This document shows, piece by piece, positions 8,543-17,897 of a DNA stretch of 64,000 nucleotides. Position 1 is the stretch's first letter. Each line of letters starts with the position of its first letter. The position numbers and the translations under genes were made by a program. The stretch comes from an uncultured Candidatus Binatia bacterium (lineage in GTDB: Bacteria > Desulfobacterota > Binatia > Bin18). The stretch spans positions 2,304,001-2,368,000 of the forward strand of contig OZ243961.1 of the NCBI GenBank assembly GCA_965214605.1, written 5' to 3'. The notes under the pieces were generated by a model. It made no database searches and was not told where the DNA came from. It saw only the letters and a program-made list of their open reading frames with translations.

Positions 8543-10240
8543 TCACTCCTCCTCGGTGTCGAACAGAAATGGCAGCCCCTTCGGCCCGCGCAGTCGCCCC
8601 TCAAATAGTCTCTCAGCGTTGGCATGGGCGCGGTAGCGGTGAATGGCGGGGCAGGGCAGGGCAGCCGTGGCGTCGCGGAGGACGCGGCGAGCGTGATCAA
8701 CTACCCCGTCTTTGCGGTTCATCAGCCAGGCCTCTCGGATGTGCTTGCGTTCAGTGTTCTCGGCCTCAAACTCGGTCTGTAGATCGTCAAAGAACCGGAC
8801 GTCAACGATTGCGTCGAGCTTGTCTCCCCAAGGATTGGCCAACCCTCGCTGCTCAGAGCTGGTATTGTTGCCCTCACCACGAGCGGCAAATGTTGCAATG
8901 GCGTGGCGCAAAATGCGCTGGACAATAGCAATCTGAGCAATACGGTCTTTGGCAATGTCGCCCAATTCCTGAGCCAGCATCCCAGAGCGCAGCATAGCTG
9001 TTCTGGCCTTGCTCCTGATGGGGATAATGCGTTCGTGATAGCCTTCGGTTTTGCCTTGGCCCCGCACCATTGCCCGGGCGACAAGCTGCATCGTTGCTGA
9101 GGAGCGCTGTTCGGCCTGTGTTGGCTGTAGCAAGAGCGGATGTTCCCATGAGGTCAGATATTCCGTAATCCGCTTGTAGGTAAAGCCGCCGGCGGGCAGA
9201 GTCAGGGCTTTCTCTTCTTTCGGGTTGATGGGGGTCCACGGGTCGCCCAGTCTGCCTTTGTGGTCTTTCGCCTCAATGCGCTCTGCTTTGGAACTTGCCC
9301 TGACCGCGCTGAGCTTGAGCTTGCCGTCCGCCCCGAAGCACAAGCGGATACGCCGGCAAATCTCGATGTAGTGGGAGGCCAGTTGGTTCGGCAGCAACTT
9401 TTCCGTTTTGGTCCCATTCCAGGGAAGGGTCCACAGTAGGCCGATATCGCCATCGGTCGTTGAAGGACTGCTCAGCAGTATCATGATATCGCGCCGTGCG
9501 TGCGCACCCGGTCGTGTGGACGGCGTCAGTGTGAAGGCCGGTCGGCTGCCGAATCCGCCATTCATCCGCGAGATTCCGTAATTGCCGGCCCCGCTGAATC
9601 CCTGCATCGTTTGCAGAGTAATTAGCGCAAACAGCCAGGAGTCCATGCTTGCCTCAGTCGCCACGGTCGATTTGAGGTCGTGGTTCTTAGATGTGACCAG
9701 CATGTCCAGCTCGTCGGGTGTTGCGATGGGGGTCTTGTAGTCTTTGGCCTTGTCTTCTGAGGAGGTCGGTGGCTGCATGAAGGCGGGAAGGCTGAAGTCG
9801 TCCACCACCAGCTGCCAGGGCTCGTCGCCCGGAGAGTCAGGCGTCAGCCCACGGATCAAGCTAGTCCATTCTGTCGCATCTACTGGTGGTTCACTAAGAC
9901 CGGCCCGGCGTATTGCCATCGTGCCGAGTTGGACGAAAAAGGCGTGGCAGGCGTGTCGTTGGTGGGGACGTAGTACGGGAAAAGCGTCTAGTTCATCCCG
10001 CATCAACGCGGTGTAGACTTCCGGCAACGACGCCTCTCTGCCTGAGCCGCTGCCTGCCGTATCAATCCGAATCAACGGTTCTGTGAGAATGTTGAACATG
10101 GGCCTTAACCTCTCTCTCAAGTGCCTCTGGTCAGAAGCATCTCCGTGTTGTATTTCTACCCGTGTGGTCCCAAGTTGGGTCTGCAACGTCAGGGATGGGG
10201 GAGGACGGGCTGCAGCTTGAACAGCATCTGTCATAATCAT
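8543..10240 (-). CDS. cas8e: Cas8e/Cse1/CasA large subunit (conventional start probably ATG at 10099, MFNILTEPLIR)
   Basis: FNILTEPLIR, LRPHQRHA.HAF.VQL, AFMQP, KNHDLK, GNYGISRMNGG, YIEICRRIRL, GDPW.P and RGQGKTEGYHER motifs. Confidence 0.92.
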   Translation of the reverse strand: MIMTDAVQAAARPPPSLTLQTQLGTTRVEIQHGDASDQRHLRERLRPMFNILTEPLIRIDTAGSGSGREASLPEVYTALMRDELDAFPVLRPHQRHACHAFFVQLGTMAIRRAGLSEPPVDATEWTSLIRGLTPDSPGDEPWQLVVDDFSLPAFMQPPTSSEDKAKDYKTPIATPDELDMLVTSKNHDLKSTVATEASMDSWLFALITLQTMQGFSGAGNYGISRMNGGFGSRPAFTLTPSTRPGAHARRDIMILLSSPSTTDGDIGLLWTLPWNGTKTEKLLPNQLASHYIEICRRIRLCFGADGKLKLSAVRASSKAERIEAKDHKGRLGDPWTPINPKEEKALTLPAGGFTYKRITEYLTSWEHPLLLQPTQAEQRSSATMQLVARAMVRGQGKTEGYHERIIPIRSKARTAMLRSGMLAQELGDIAKDRIAQIAIVQRILRHAIATFAARGEGNNTSSEQRGLANPWGDKLDAIVDVRFFDDLQTEFEAENTERKHIREAWLMNRKDGVVDHARRVLRDATAALPCPAIHRYRAHANAERLFEGRLRGPKGLPFLFDTEEE

Positions 10241-10297
10241 TCCTCCTAGAATCTTGCGAGAATATTTTGTCGCACTATTCTCTATTTAGCAACGCAA

Positions 10298-10326
10298 AGA
10301 TTAGAGAAAGAAGTTTTATTTGTCAA
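10298..10326 (-). promoter_or_regulatory. Sigma70-type promoter of the cas8e-cas2 operon: TTGACA-N17-TAATCT
   Basis: + strand TGTCAA at 10321-10326 and AGATTA at 10298-10303, with exactly 17 bp between them, upstream of cas8e. Confidence 0.8.
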
Positions 10327-10335
10327 TCCCCATCC

Positions 10336-10424
10336 ATCCTACCCCGCAGCACGGGGATAGACCGCTTTGCGTTGCGAGGTGAACTCTCCGCGCTAAAGTT
10401 TCCCCGCAAACGCGGGGGCAGTGT
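10336..10424 (+). ncRNA. crRNA-like mini-array (degenerate repeat - 32-nt spacer - degenerate repeat); CreR/CreA-like Cas-regulating RNA
   Basis: 10336-10364 ends in CGGGGATAGACCG (array 3' half and handle). Spacer 10365-10396. 10397-10424 AGTTTCCCCGCAAACGCGGGG keeps the hairpin. The first 11 spacer nt match 10289-10299 on the minus strand, with an AAT PAM. Confidence 0.85.
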
Positions 10425-10466
10425 TCTGTTGGTGGTTTTGTCTAGGTGGCTTAGGGCTGGTGTTGC

Positions 10467-13136
10467 TCATCGTATCCGCCCTAGACCTAGGCGGCCATAG
10501 TGGAACTGTGCGTTGCCGACCTGAAAGATAAAACCGTCGTCTGTCAACTCAGGCGCGACCGGCTCTTCACTAGCTAAGTTGCGGGCCAGATGGTGGGGAA
10601 TCGTTATTTGGGAGATTGTTTCGCGGCTGAAGGGGCTGATCGGTGCCGGCTCCAACTCAACCGTTATACCCTCGTCGCCCAGCCGAGTCCGTATTTTCTC
10701 CTCCAGGGATCCAAAAATCACTTCCTGGTTGTCTACAAAAAAGGATTTATCACGCCGGACGACCGCACTCCGGGCAGTCAGACCCTCGGCAAGTTCGGTC
10801 CCCTTTAGCGTAGTAGCGTGAACCCGCCAGGCGTCTCCCAACTCTGCGGTGATGGCCTCCAGTGTCTCAATGTGGGTTGTTCGTTCGACCAGTTCTCGGT
10901 TCATCTCCGGGATGCGCCATAGACTGGCGCGCTTCGCATGATCTACAATCAGCCGCCTCGTGGCCTCCAGGACACGCAGGTCCTCATACACATGACCGTG
11001 CGGCCCCAGGCCATTCCGACCCGAACCTTTTGCCAGCAGGGGCGAGAGGTCCGTGTCGGTCGGCAGGAGCACGATGCAGATCGGTGTCTCATATCCGGCC
11101 GGCCGGTCAGGCCGTTGGTGTCGGTGTAAGCGGCCAATCCGCTGAAGCAGCACATCCATTGGGCACAGATCGGTTATGAGAAGGTCGGCGTCTATATCGA
11201 GAGATTGCTCCAGCGTCTGGGTGCCCACGACAACGCGTCCGCCGGGACGGCGGTTTTTGCCAAGCTGCTCCTCAACCGCTCTATCTAGTTGGAGACGGTC
11301 GCCAGCGGCGAACCGGCCGTGGTGGAGCGTGAAAACGTCCCCGCAGGCATACAGCAAACCACGTTCGTCGGACGGGACGCTTTTTTCCAGTGTTTGCTGG
11401 GTGTCGACCGCGTGACCGACCGTGTTGCGAATGACCAGAGCTTTTGCGCCGGCGCGGGCCGCGTGCAGGCTGCGTTCCGCGACCTGAGCGAAGTCATCCA
11501 TGGCCGCGGAGGCTTCAATTCGTACTGTTTTTTCTTTTCCATTGTGAGCGACAGCGACCATACGCTCACCGCCGTTCGCCTGGATTGTGACCGCGGGGTA
11601 GGGTGCTCTGATTGCCTCGCTGAGAGGGGGCATGTCTTGCAAACCGGCAAAATAGCGACGACGGGCCACAGAACCTAGTGTGGCCGACATCAACACCGCG
11701 TAGCCACCGGCGCTGATATGGGCGTCAAGCAGAGTCTTGAGAATACTGCTCATATAGGGGTCGGAGGCGTGTACTTCGTCCACTACCAGCAGACTGCGTG
11801 CTAGGCAGGCGGCGCGCAGATGGGCGTGTTTCACTTTGAGGGCTGCCATCATGGCCTGATCTACGGTGCCCACGGCAATTTGCGCCGCCAAGTAGCGTTT
11901 GGCGCTTTCTGCGGCCCACCGGCGTTTTTCGGTGGCGACGTCGGGATGATCGTCCCACCAGACCTCATAGTTTGGGAGATGTTTGCCTCCGGCATCTCCG
12001 GCCCGTACATAGCCGGGGACCGCTAAGACGGGCTCCGGACCGGTGTCTCTGGGAAACAGATTTGTGATGAATCGCACAACGCGCCCGTGCATCTGGCTGG
12101 CGGCCGCGCGAGTCGGTAGGGCAAAGTACAGTCCATCCACCAGTTCGGCCCGGTACATATGGGCAAAGCGCCACAAGGCAGCCTCAGTTTTGCCGGAGCC
12201 GGTTTCAGACTCGATGATGACCAGCCGCTCGTCCGTCGGGACCGCTTTTGCCGACCGCTGGATAGGATTGGGCGTTGCGTTGGGGATGCTGAACAGGTCG
12301 CCAAAATCCGGCAGGGCTGCCAGCTGGCGAAAGATCTTTCGCTGGCTTTTCAGATTCAACCCGATGTCCGAAACCGCACGGAGGGCGTTTTGTCGCGCGG
12401 TGTTGATGTAGTCGTTGCGTGACTCGGCGCAAAACGGAAAATTGCGTTCGTCAGAGCCAATCCAGTCGGCCAGCATGCATAGGCCCAGGAACATATGTTG
12501 GAAGGCAGGAGTGGATGGCAGGAGTGGCGTGTTGGACGTGAAGGCGGACGGGAACCATTGTCGCACGAGGTGGCTGATGCGCTCCACGCAGGCCTGGGGG
12601 TGTAACTCGCCAAAGGCGCGCCATGCTGAAGGGTTGGGTTGCCGCGTGTCCTCCAGTTGCAGGGGGAGGCCGTGATGCGACAGCGCAGCGATGAACAACC
12701 CGCAGACGGTCTCGCCGTCCTTATCGTCCCAGGTCAACAAATCATCCCACCAGCCCAGCGCGTCAAAAAACCAGGCGGATGTTTTTTCATCCTTGTTGTT
12801 CAGGATGGGCGTCAGATCGGCTATGTGGCCGGCGCGGGGTGGCGTTTTCTTGTACGCCGGCGCATCCGTGGGATGCCAGATGCGCGTCTGAAAGCCGACG
12901 TTGACCTTGCCGATATCGTGGAGAGCGGCAAATACTGCCAGCCGCGCCTCGGTTGCGCTGTCTATGACCTCCAGCCCGCCGGCCTGTGCCAGGCGTTGCC
13001 TGATGGTCGGCTGCGCCAGCAGTGTCTCGAAGCAGGCACCGACATCGGCCATGTGGTGCTCCAATAGATGAATGCGGCGCGGGTTGTCCCGGTCCGATTT
13101 TGCCCAGAATGCCCTGGTATATGCCGCGGCTGTCAT
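10467..13136 (-). CDS. cas3: Cas3 HD nuclease-helicase
   Basis: HLLEHH, HDIGK, SHHG and LADWIGS (HD domain); ETGSGKTE, DEVH, SAT and QRIGRLHRH (SF2 helicase). Confidence 0.97.
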   Translation of the reverse strand: MTAAAYTRAFWAKSDRDNPRRIHLLEHHMADVGACFETLLAQPTIRQRLAQAGGLEVIDSATEARLAVFAALHDIGKVNVGFQTRIWHPTDAPAYKKTPPRAGHIADLTPILNNKDEKTSAWFFDALGWWDDLLTWDDKDGETVCGLFIAALSHHGLPLQLEDTRQPNPSAWRAFGELHPQACVERISHLVRQWFPSAFTSNTPLLPSTPAFQHMFLGLCMLADWIGSDERNFPFCAESRNDYINTARQNALRAVSDIGLNLKSQRKIFRQLAALPDFGDLFSIPNATPNPIQRSAKAVPTDERLVIIESETGSGKTEAALWRFAHMYRAELVDGLYFALPTRAAASQMHGRVVRFITNLFPRDTGPEPVLAVPGYVRAGDAGGKHLPNYEVWWDDHPDVATEKRRWAAESAKRYLAAQIAVGTVDQAMMAALKVKHAHLRAACLARSLLVVDEVHASDPYMSSILKTLLDAHISAGGYAVLMSATLGSVARRRYFAGLQDMPPLSEAIRAPYPAVTIQANGGERMVAVAHNGKEKTVRIEASAAMDDFAQVAERSLHAARAGAKALVIRNTVGHAVDTQQTLEKSVPSDERGLLYACGDVFTLHHGRFAAGDRLQLDRAVEEQLGKNRRPGGRVVVGTQTLEQSLDIDADLLITDLCPMDVLLQRIGRLHRHQRPDRPAGYETPICIVLLPTDTDLSPLLAKGSGRNGLGPHGHVYEDLRVLEATRRLIVDHAKRASLWRIPEMNRELVERTTHIETLEAITAELGDAWRVHATTLKGTELAEGLTARSAVVRRDKSFFVDNQEVIFGSLEEKIRTRLGDEGITVELEPAPISPFSRETISQITIPHHLARNLASEEPVAPELTDDGFIFQVGNAQFHYGRLGLGRIR

Positions 13137-13172
13137 TGTCCCTCCGATTCTCTCTTCGCGATGTCCGTGTCT

Positions 13173-14423
13173 TTACAACCTGCCCGCTTCCCGCAGCTCC
13201 CTGACCCGCTCTTCTTGAAGAATCGTCCCGTCTTGGTAGAGGCAGCTAATCTGTTCTTCGCTGTAGTCCAGGTAGTGGTGGAGGATCTCCTCGTTGTGTT
13301 CCCCTAAAAAGGCCGCCCGAAAGGGAATTCCGACCTCGGCGTTGGACAGGTGGAAGGGCGATTTGGCAATTGGGGTCGGCCCCAACAGCGGATGCGGCAC
13401 GTCCTGAAAAAAGTCGCGGGTTTGAAGCTGGGGATGTTCAACGGCGGCCGGGACGTCGAGAATCGGAGCGGATGGAACCCGGGCTTCCGCCAAGATTTTC
13501 AGCGGTGTTTCATCATCCTCAAAGCTTTGCAGCCAGTCCTCAATATGTTTTCGGACCTCGGGCCGACGCCGACAGCGCTCAATCTGCGTGGCGTAGCGCG
13601 GGTCGGTTGCCAACTCGGACTTGCCCATGGCCTCGACCAGCGGCGGCCATTGGTGCTCGGCAACGGCAAAGACGATATAGCCGCGTTTCGCCTTATAGAC
13701 GCCGTAGGGACAGATATTAAAAAAATCGCCGCCAAAACGGTGGGGTCGAACAGCCCCCTGACTCATCAGGAAAAGCGGAAAATTAATGTAGTCGAGATAG
13801 ACTAAGGATTCAAGCTGAGAGATATCAATGTACTGGCCCTCTCCGCTCATAGCGCGGTGGAACAGAGCCGCGCAGATTCCCAGGGCGCCGTGAATCCCGG
13901 CGTTTGGATCGCCGAAATAATTGCCGACATAGGTCGGCGGGCCGTCGGGTTCGCCTGTCATAGCCATCACTCCGCTTTGAGCTTGGGCTATAATATCGAA
14001 GCTGGTGTGCCGCGCATACGGGCCGTCCTGTCCGTAGCCCGACACCGAACACATGATAAGACGGGGATTCAGAGTTTTGAGCGAGTCATAGTCGAGGCCG
14101 TATTTCGCCATTACTCCAGGACTATAGTTTTCCACCGCCACATCAACCCGACGAACCAACTCGCGTACAATTTCGAGTGCCTTAGGCTTTTTGAAATCCA
14201 CACACAGACTTTTTTTACCTGCACAGGCGGACAGGAACAGTGCGCTTTGGCCGTGTTCGACAAGGTGGATCTTGCGTCCTAGGTCGCCGTCGGGCGCCCG
14301 TTCGATTTTGATCACCGCCGCCCCTAGGTCGGCCAATACACGGGTGGCCGAGGGGCCGGCTAGATACTGGGTGAAGTCGAGTACGGTCACGCCGGCCAAC
14401 AGCTGCGTGGCGGCATGTGTCAT
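13173..14423 (-). CDS. CaiB/BaiF family (class III) CoA transferase
   Basis: VLDFTQYLAGP, LADLGAAVIKIE, ENYSPG and SGYGQDGPY motifs. Confidence 0.92.
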   Translation of the reverse strand: MTHAATQLLAGVTVLDFTQYLAGPSATRVLADLGAAVIKIERAPDGDLGRKIHLVEHGQSALFLSACAGKKSLCVDFKKPKALEIVRELVRRVDVAVENYSPGVMAKYGLDYDSLKTLNPRLIMCSVSGYGQDGPYARHTSFDIIAQAQSGVMAMTGEPDGPPTYVGNYFGDPNAGIHGALGICAALFHRAMSGEGQYIDISQLESLVYLDYINFPLFLMSQGAVRPHRFGGDFFNICPYGVYKAKRGYIVFAVAEHQWPPLVEAMGKSELATDPRYATQIERCRRRPEVRKHIEDWLQSFEDDETPLKILAEARVPSAPILDVPAAVEHPQLQTRDFFQDVPHPLLGPTPIAKSPFHLSNAEVGIPFRAAFLGEHNEEILHHYLDYSEEQISCLYQDGTILQEERVRELREAGRL

Positions 14424-14570
14424 AGAGCCTCCTTCCTTGCCTGGTGTCGCTTCTTCCTACTAAATCTGGGCTGCAGCGGCAAGTTTGGCGGGAGATTTTT
14501 AACAGAGCAATCGGTTGACTTTTGGCGCCCATGCATTTGAATAAGGACACGGGAGAGGAGGAACACGACT

Positions 14571-15551
14571 ATGCTGATTCGTTCTTGGCGCGGCTGGGAG
14601 ATGCCGCAGCGCCTCGCCACTCCGGAAGACGTGTATTTCAACCGACGCAGATTTCTCCAAGCCCTGGGGCTTACCGGCCTGAGCGCGCTCGGCCTCGGAG
14701 GGGTGAGCCTGGCCGAAGGCCAGACCGCCGCCGAGCTAGGTGCTCTTCGGGGCCTGCCCGAGCCCGGTCCGACCGCTGATCTCTATCCGGCAAAACGCTC
14801 GGAGCGCTATACCCTGGACCGACCGTTGACCAGAGAAATCGTGGCCGCCACGTATAATAATTTCTATGAGTTTTCGTCCCGCAAAGAACACGTCGCCCGC
14901 TTGGTGTCCAATTTTCAAACCCGACCATGGCAAATCGAGGTGACGGGGCTGGTCAAGAAACCGCAAGTTCTGGATATTGATGAGCTCGTCCGCCGCATGC
15001 CGCTTGAAGAGCGCTTGTACCGCCACCGGTGCGTCGAAGCCTGGTCCATGGCTGTCCCCTGGACAGGTTTTCCAATCAAGGCATTTATCGATTTGGTTGA
15101 ACCCCTGTCCTCGGCAAAATTCATCCGCATGCTGACCTTCAATAACGCCGACCAGGCTCCAGGGATGCGGGATACGAGCTACCCCTGGCCGTATTTTGAG
15201 GGCTTGAGCCTGGCCGAGGCAACGAACGAGCTGTCACTTTTCGTGACCGGCATCTACGGCCACGAGTTGACCAAGCAGCACGGCGCTCCGATTCGCCTCG
15301 TCGTGCCCTGGAAGTATGGCTACAAGAGTATCAAGTCGATTGTTCGGATCGAGTTTACCGCCACCGAACCCGGTACGTTTTGGTCCTCCCTCATTCCGTG
15401 GGAGTACGATTTTATGGCCAACGTCAACCCGGCGGTACCCCATCCTCGCTGGTCCCAGGCATATGAGCGGGTGATCGGCACTGACGAACGCAGGCCAACC
15501 CTACCGTATAACGGGTATGCAGAGTTTGTGGCTGGTTTGTATCGGGCCTAA
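14571..15551 (+). CDS. msrP: Protein-methionine-sulfoxide reductase catalytic subunit MsrP (YedY)
   Basis: Tat motif NRRRFL; YNNFYEF, RHRCVEAWSM, GAPIRLVVPWKYGYKSIKSI and NVNP.VPHPRWSQA motifs. Confidence 0.95.
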   Translation: MLIRSWRGWEMPQRLATPEDVYFNRRRFLQALGLTGLSALGLGGVSLAEGQTAAELGALRGLPEPGPTADLYPAKRSERYTLDRPLTREIVAATYNNFYEFSSRKEHVARLVSNFQTRPWQIEVTGLVKKPQVLDIDELVRRMPLEERLYRHRCVEAWSMAVPWTGFPIKAFIDLVEPLSSAKFIRMLTFNNADQAPGMRDTSYPWPYFEGLSLAEATNELSLFVTGIYGHELTKQHGAPIRLVVPWKYGYKSIKSIVRIEFTATEPGTFWSSLIPWEYDFMANVNPAVPHPRWSQAYERVIGTDERRPTLPYNGYAEFVAGLYRA

Positions 15552-16605
15552 CAGGACCCCCCGTGCCTTGAGCTGGGCGGGGGCCGCCCTGCTGGCGGTG
15601 TGCTCCGCCTGCGCCGTCCCGCCCGATCGCACGCCTGAGGTCGCGGCCGATCCTGCCTCCCTGTACGCCTACCACGGAAAACCCGGAGCCTGGTTTACGC
15701 CCTGGCGGCGGCGGGACGTTTCTTTTTTCGACATCCTGCGTTGGAGCGTGTCACGCAACGCCTATACTGGTGAGCGGCGGAACCCACCCGCCGTGCCCCG
15801 GGTCGAAAATGACGGGAGTTCCCTGGCCGCAGCGGAAAAGACAGCCGCGCTCACCTGGGTGGGACACTCCACCTTTGCCGTCCACGATCGGGCCGACGTC
15901 TTTCTGACCGATCCGCACTTTGGTCAGCGCGCCTTCCTCCCCAAGCGTCATCATCCACCCGGAATCCCGATTCAGGCCGTTCCCGCCGACGCCTTTGCCG
16001 TTGTGTCGCACAACCACTACGACCACCTTGACGCCTATAGCGTTGAGACCCTGCCGCCGTCGGTCCACTGGTTTGTTCCGATGGGCTTGGCCGAGTGGTT
16101 TCGTGACCGGGGTCGCCCGAATGTGGTCGAGCTTGACTGGTGGCAAACCGTCCGGCACGGCCGCTGGACAATCAGCTGCGTGCCCTCCCAACACTGGTCG
16201 CTGCGTATCGGTCAAGCGCAGAACTCGACCCTATGGTGTGCTTGGGTGATTGCCTCGGACGAACGCCGCTATTTTTTTGGTGGGGATACGGGCTATTTTC
16301 ACGGCTTTCGCGAAATCGTCCTGCGCTACGGTCCGATTGACGTGGCACTGCTCCCGATCGGCGCCTATGAACCGCGCTGGTTTATGCGCTACTCGCACAT
16401 GAATCCGGCCGAAGCCTATCAGGCGTTTCTGGATTTAGAGGCGCGCTGGATGATTCCGTGTCACTGGGGAACGTTTGATCTGACCGATGAGCCGTATGAC
16501 GAAGCCCCGCGCGAGTTGCGCCGGGTGGTCCGGGCCGCGGGGGCGTCGCTCGATCCCATCAAGATTATGGCGATCGGAGAGCGCTGGCAGGTGCCCGAAG
16601 AGTAG
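15517..16605 (+). CDS. MBL-fold metallo-hydrolase (NAPE-PLD/RomA-like), possible lipoprotein; start uncertain
   Basis: TWVGHST, LTDP, SHNHYDHLD, GDTGY, LPIGAYEPRWF and PCHWGTF motifs. Confidence 0.9.
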   Translation: MQSLWLVCIGPNRTPRALSWAGAALLAVCSACAVPPDRTPEVAADPASLYAYHGKPGAWFTPWRRRDVSFFDILRWSVSRNAYTGERRNPPAVPRVENDGSSLAAAEKTAALTWVGHSTFAVHDRADVFLTDPHFGQRAFLPKRHHPPGIPIQAVPADAFAVVSHNHYDHLDAYSVETLPPSVHWFVPMGLAEWFRDRGRPNVVELDWWQTVRHGRWTISCVPSQHWSLRIGQAQNSTLWCAWVIASDERRYFFGGDTGYFHGFREIVLRYGPIDVALLPIGAYEPRWFMRYSHMNPAEAYQAFLDLEARWMIPCHWGTFDLTDEPYDEAPRELRRVVRAAGASLDPIKIMAIGERWQVPEE

Positions 16606-16634
16606 GGGACTCCCCCGCAGCCCTCGGTCCGGGT

Positions 16635-17582
16635 CTATTGGGCGAAGGCCTCGATCGCGTTCCGCACCGCGTCCCCGTAGCTCTGGCCACCGACCGGCGA
16701 CGGATTAAAAATCGGCATCTGAATACCGGCTTCTTGAAAAACGGCCAGTCGCTCACGGCAGCGGGCCGGCGGACCGATCAGGCACAGCTCATCGGCCATT
16801 TTCTCCGACACAAAGCCGCTGCCGTCATTCTTGAGCAGGCCGGCCGCCTCGTCCTCATAGCCGCTGTCGTGGAAGAGTTTGTTATAGAACGGGAGGGTGC
16901 CGTAGAACATCAGGCTCTGTTTGGCCGTCTCCATCGCCGTGTCCATATCGTCATGAATACAAGTGATGAGACCGGTCGTCACATCCACCTCAGAGATCGA
17001 CCGGCCAGCCTTGGCCACGCCTTTTTCCAGCGCGGCTAGGGTGGTTGGAAGCCGGCCGGTAGGACACAGGTAGAGCATGACCCCGTCGGCCATCTCGCCG
17101 CTGAGTTGGACCGTACCCAGGGCCAACGCACCAATATAGATCGGCACGCCATAGCTCGCCGCCCGCGGTTGCATCGCCATCCCCGGGATTTCTTTGCCGG
17201 CCGCCACGTCGCGCAGCGCACCGATATAATTGCGCAGAAAAGTCCGTGGTTTTTCCATTTTCTCCTGATACACGCCCTCAACAATAGGCCGATGGCTTAC
17301 CCCGAGCCCGAGAATCAAGCGCCCTTTTGAGGTATCGTCAATGGCGACTGCGGTCTGGGCGCACAGGGCGGGATGGCGCAGATAAATATTGGCGATCCAG
17401 GTGCCGACCTTAATCTTTGAGGTTGCTTGGGCCATAATCTGGCAGTTCATCAGGGAGTCATTCATAAACTCCGGCGAAAAAATTGCCTCAAACCCGGCTG
17501 CCTCGGCGTGACGTGCCAAATCTCGCAGCTCGTTAAAGGTGAGGCCCGACATATTGGCAGCAACAATTCCTAGTCTTGCCAT
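16635..17582 (-). CDS. LLM class flavin-dependent oxidoreductase
   Basis: AEAAGFE, GRLILGLGVSH, PIYIGALA and ADGVML motifs; AAGGAG RBS before MARLG. Confidence 0.88.
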   Translation of the reverse strand: MARLGIVAANMSGLTFNELRDLARHAEAAGFEAIFSPEFMNDSLMNCQIMAQATSKIKVGTWIANIYLRHPALCAQTAVAIDDTSKGRLILGLGVSHRPIVEGVYQEKMEKPRTFLRNYIGALRDVAAGKEIPGMAMQPRAASYGVPIYIGALALGTVQLSGEMADGVMLYLCPTGRLPTTLAALEKGVAKAGRSISEVDVTTGLITCIHDDMDTAMETAKQSLMFYGTLPFYNKLFHDSGYEDEAAGLLKNDGSGFVSEKMADELCLIGPPARCRERLAVFQEAGIQMPIFNPSPVGGQSYGDAVRNAIEAFAQ

Positions 17583-17897
17583 AAATCTGTTCTCCTTATT
17601 TGAGAGAGCGCATGCTCGGGTCAGTACACCACACTCTTGACGCGTCTGCAATGTTGTGGGTGGAGGGCTTGGGCGGTTTGTCCTTACGCTTTCGCGCCGG
17701 CGTGGTCGAAATCAGACCGAACACGTGTAGTCGGGACGAGAGTTGCCCAAACGTTTCACGCTTGGGGTGAGGCGTTGACAAGTCTAGCAATCCCGAGGGC
17801 GCTTCTGGTCTCGATAATCTATTGATTGATGTAGGACTTTTTAGTAATTGGTCTCAATGATTATTGGATGCTGGGCGAGGTACAAAGGGGAGCAGAT

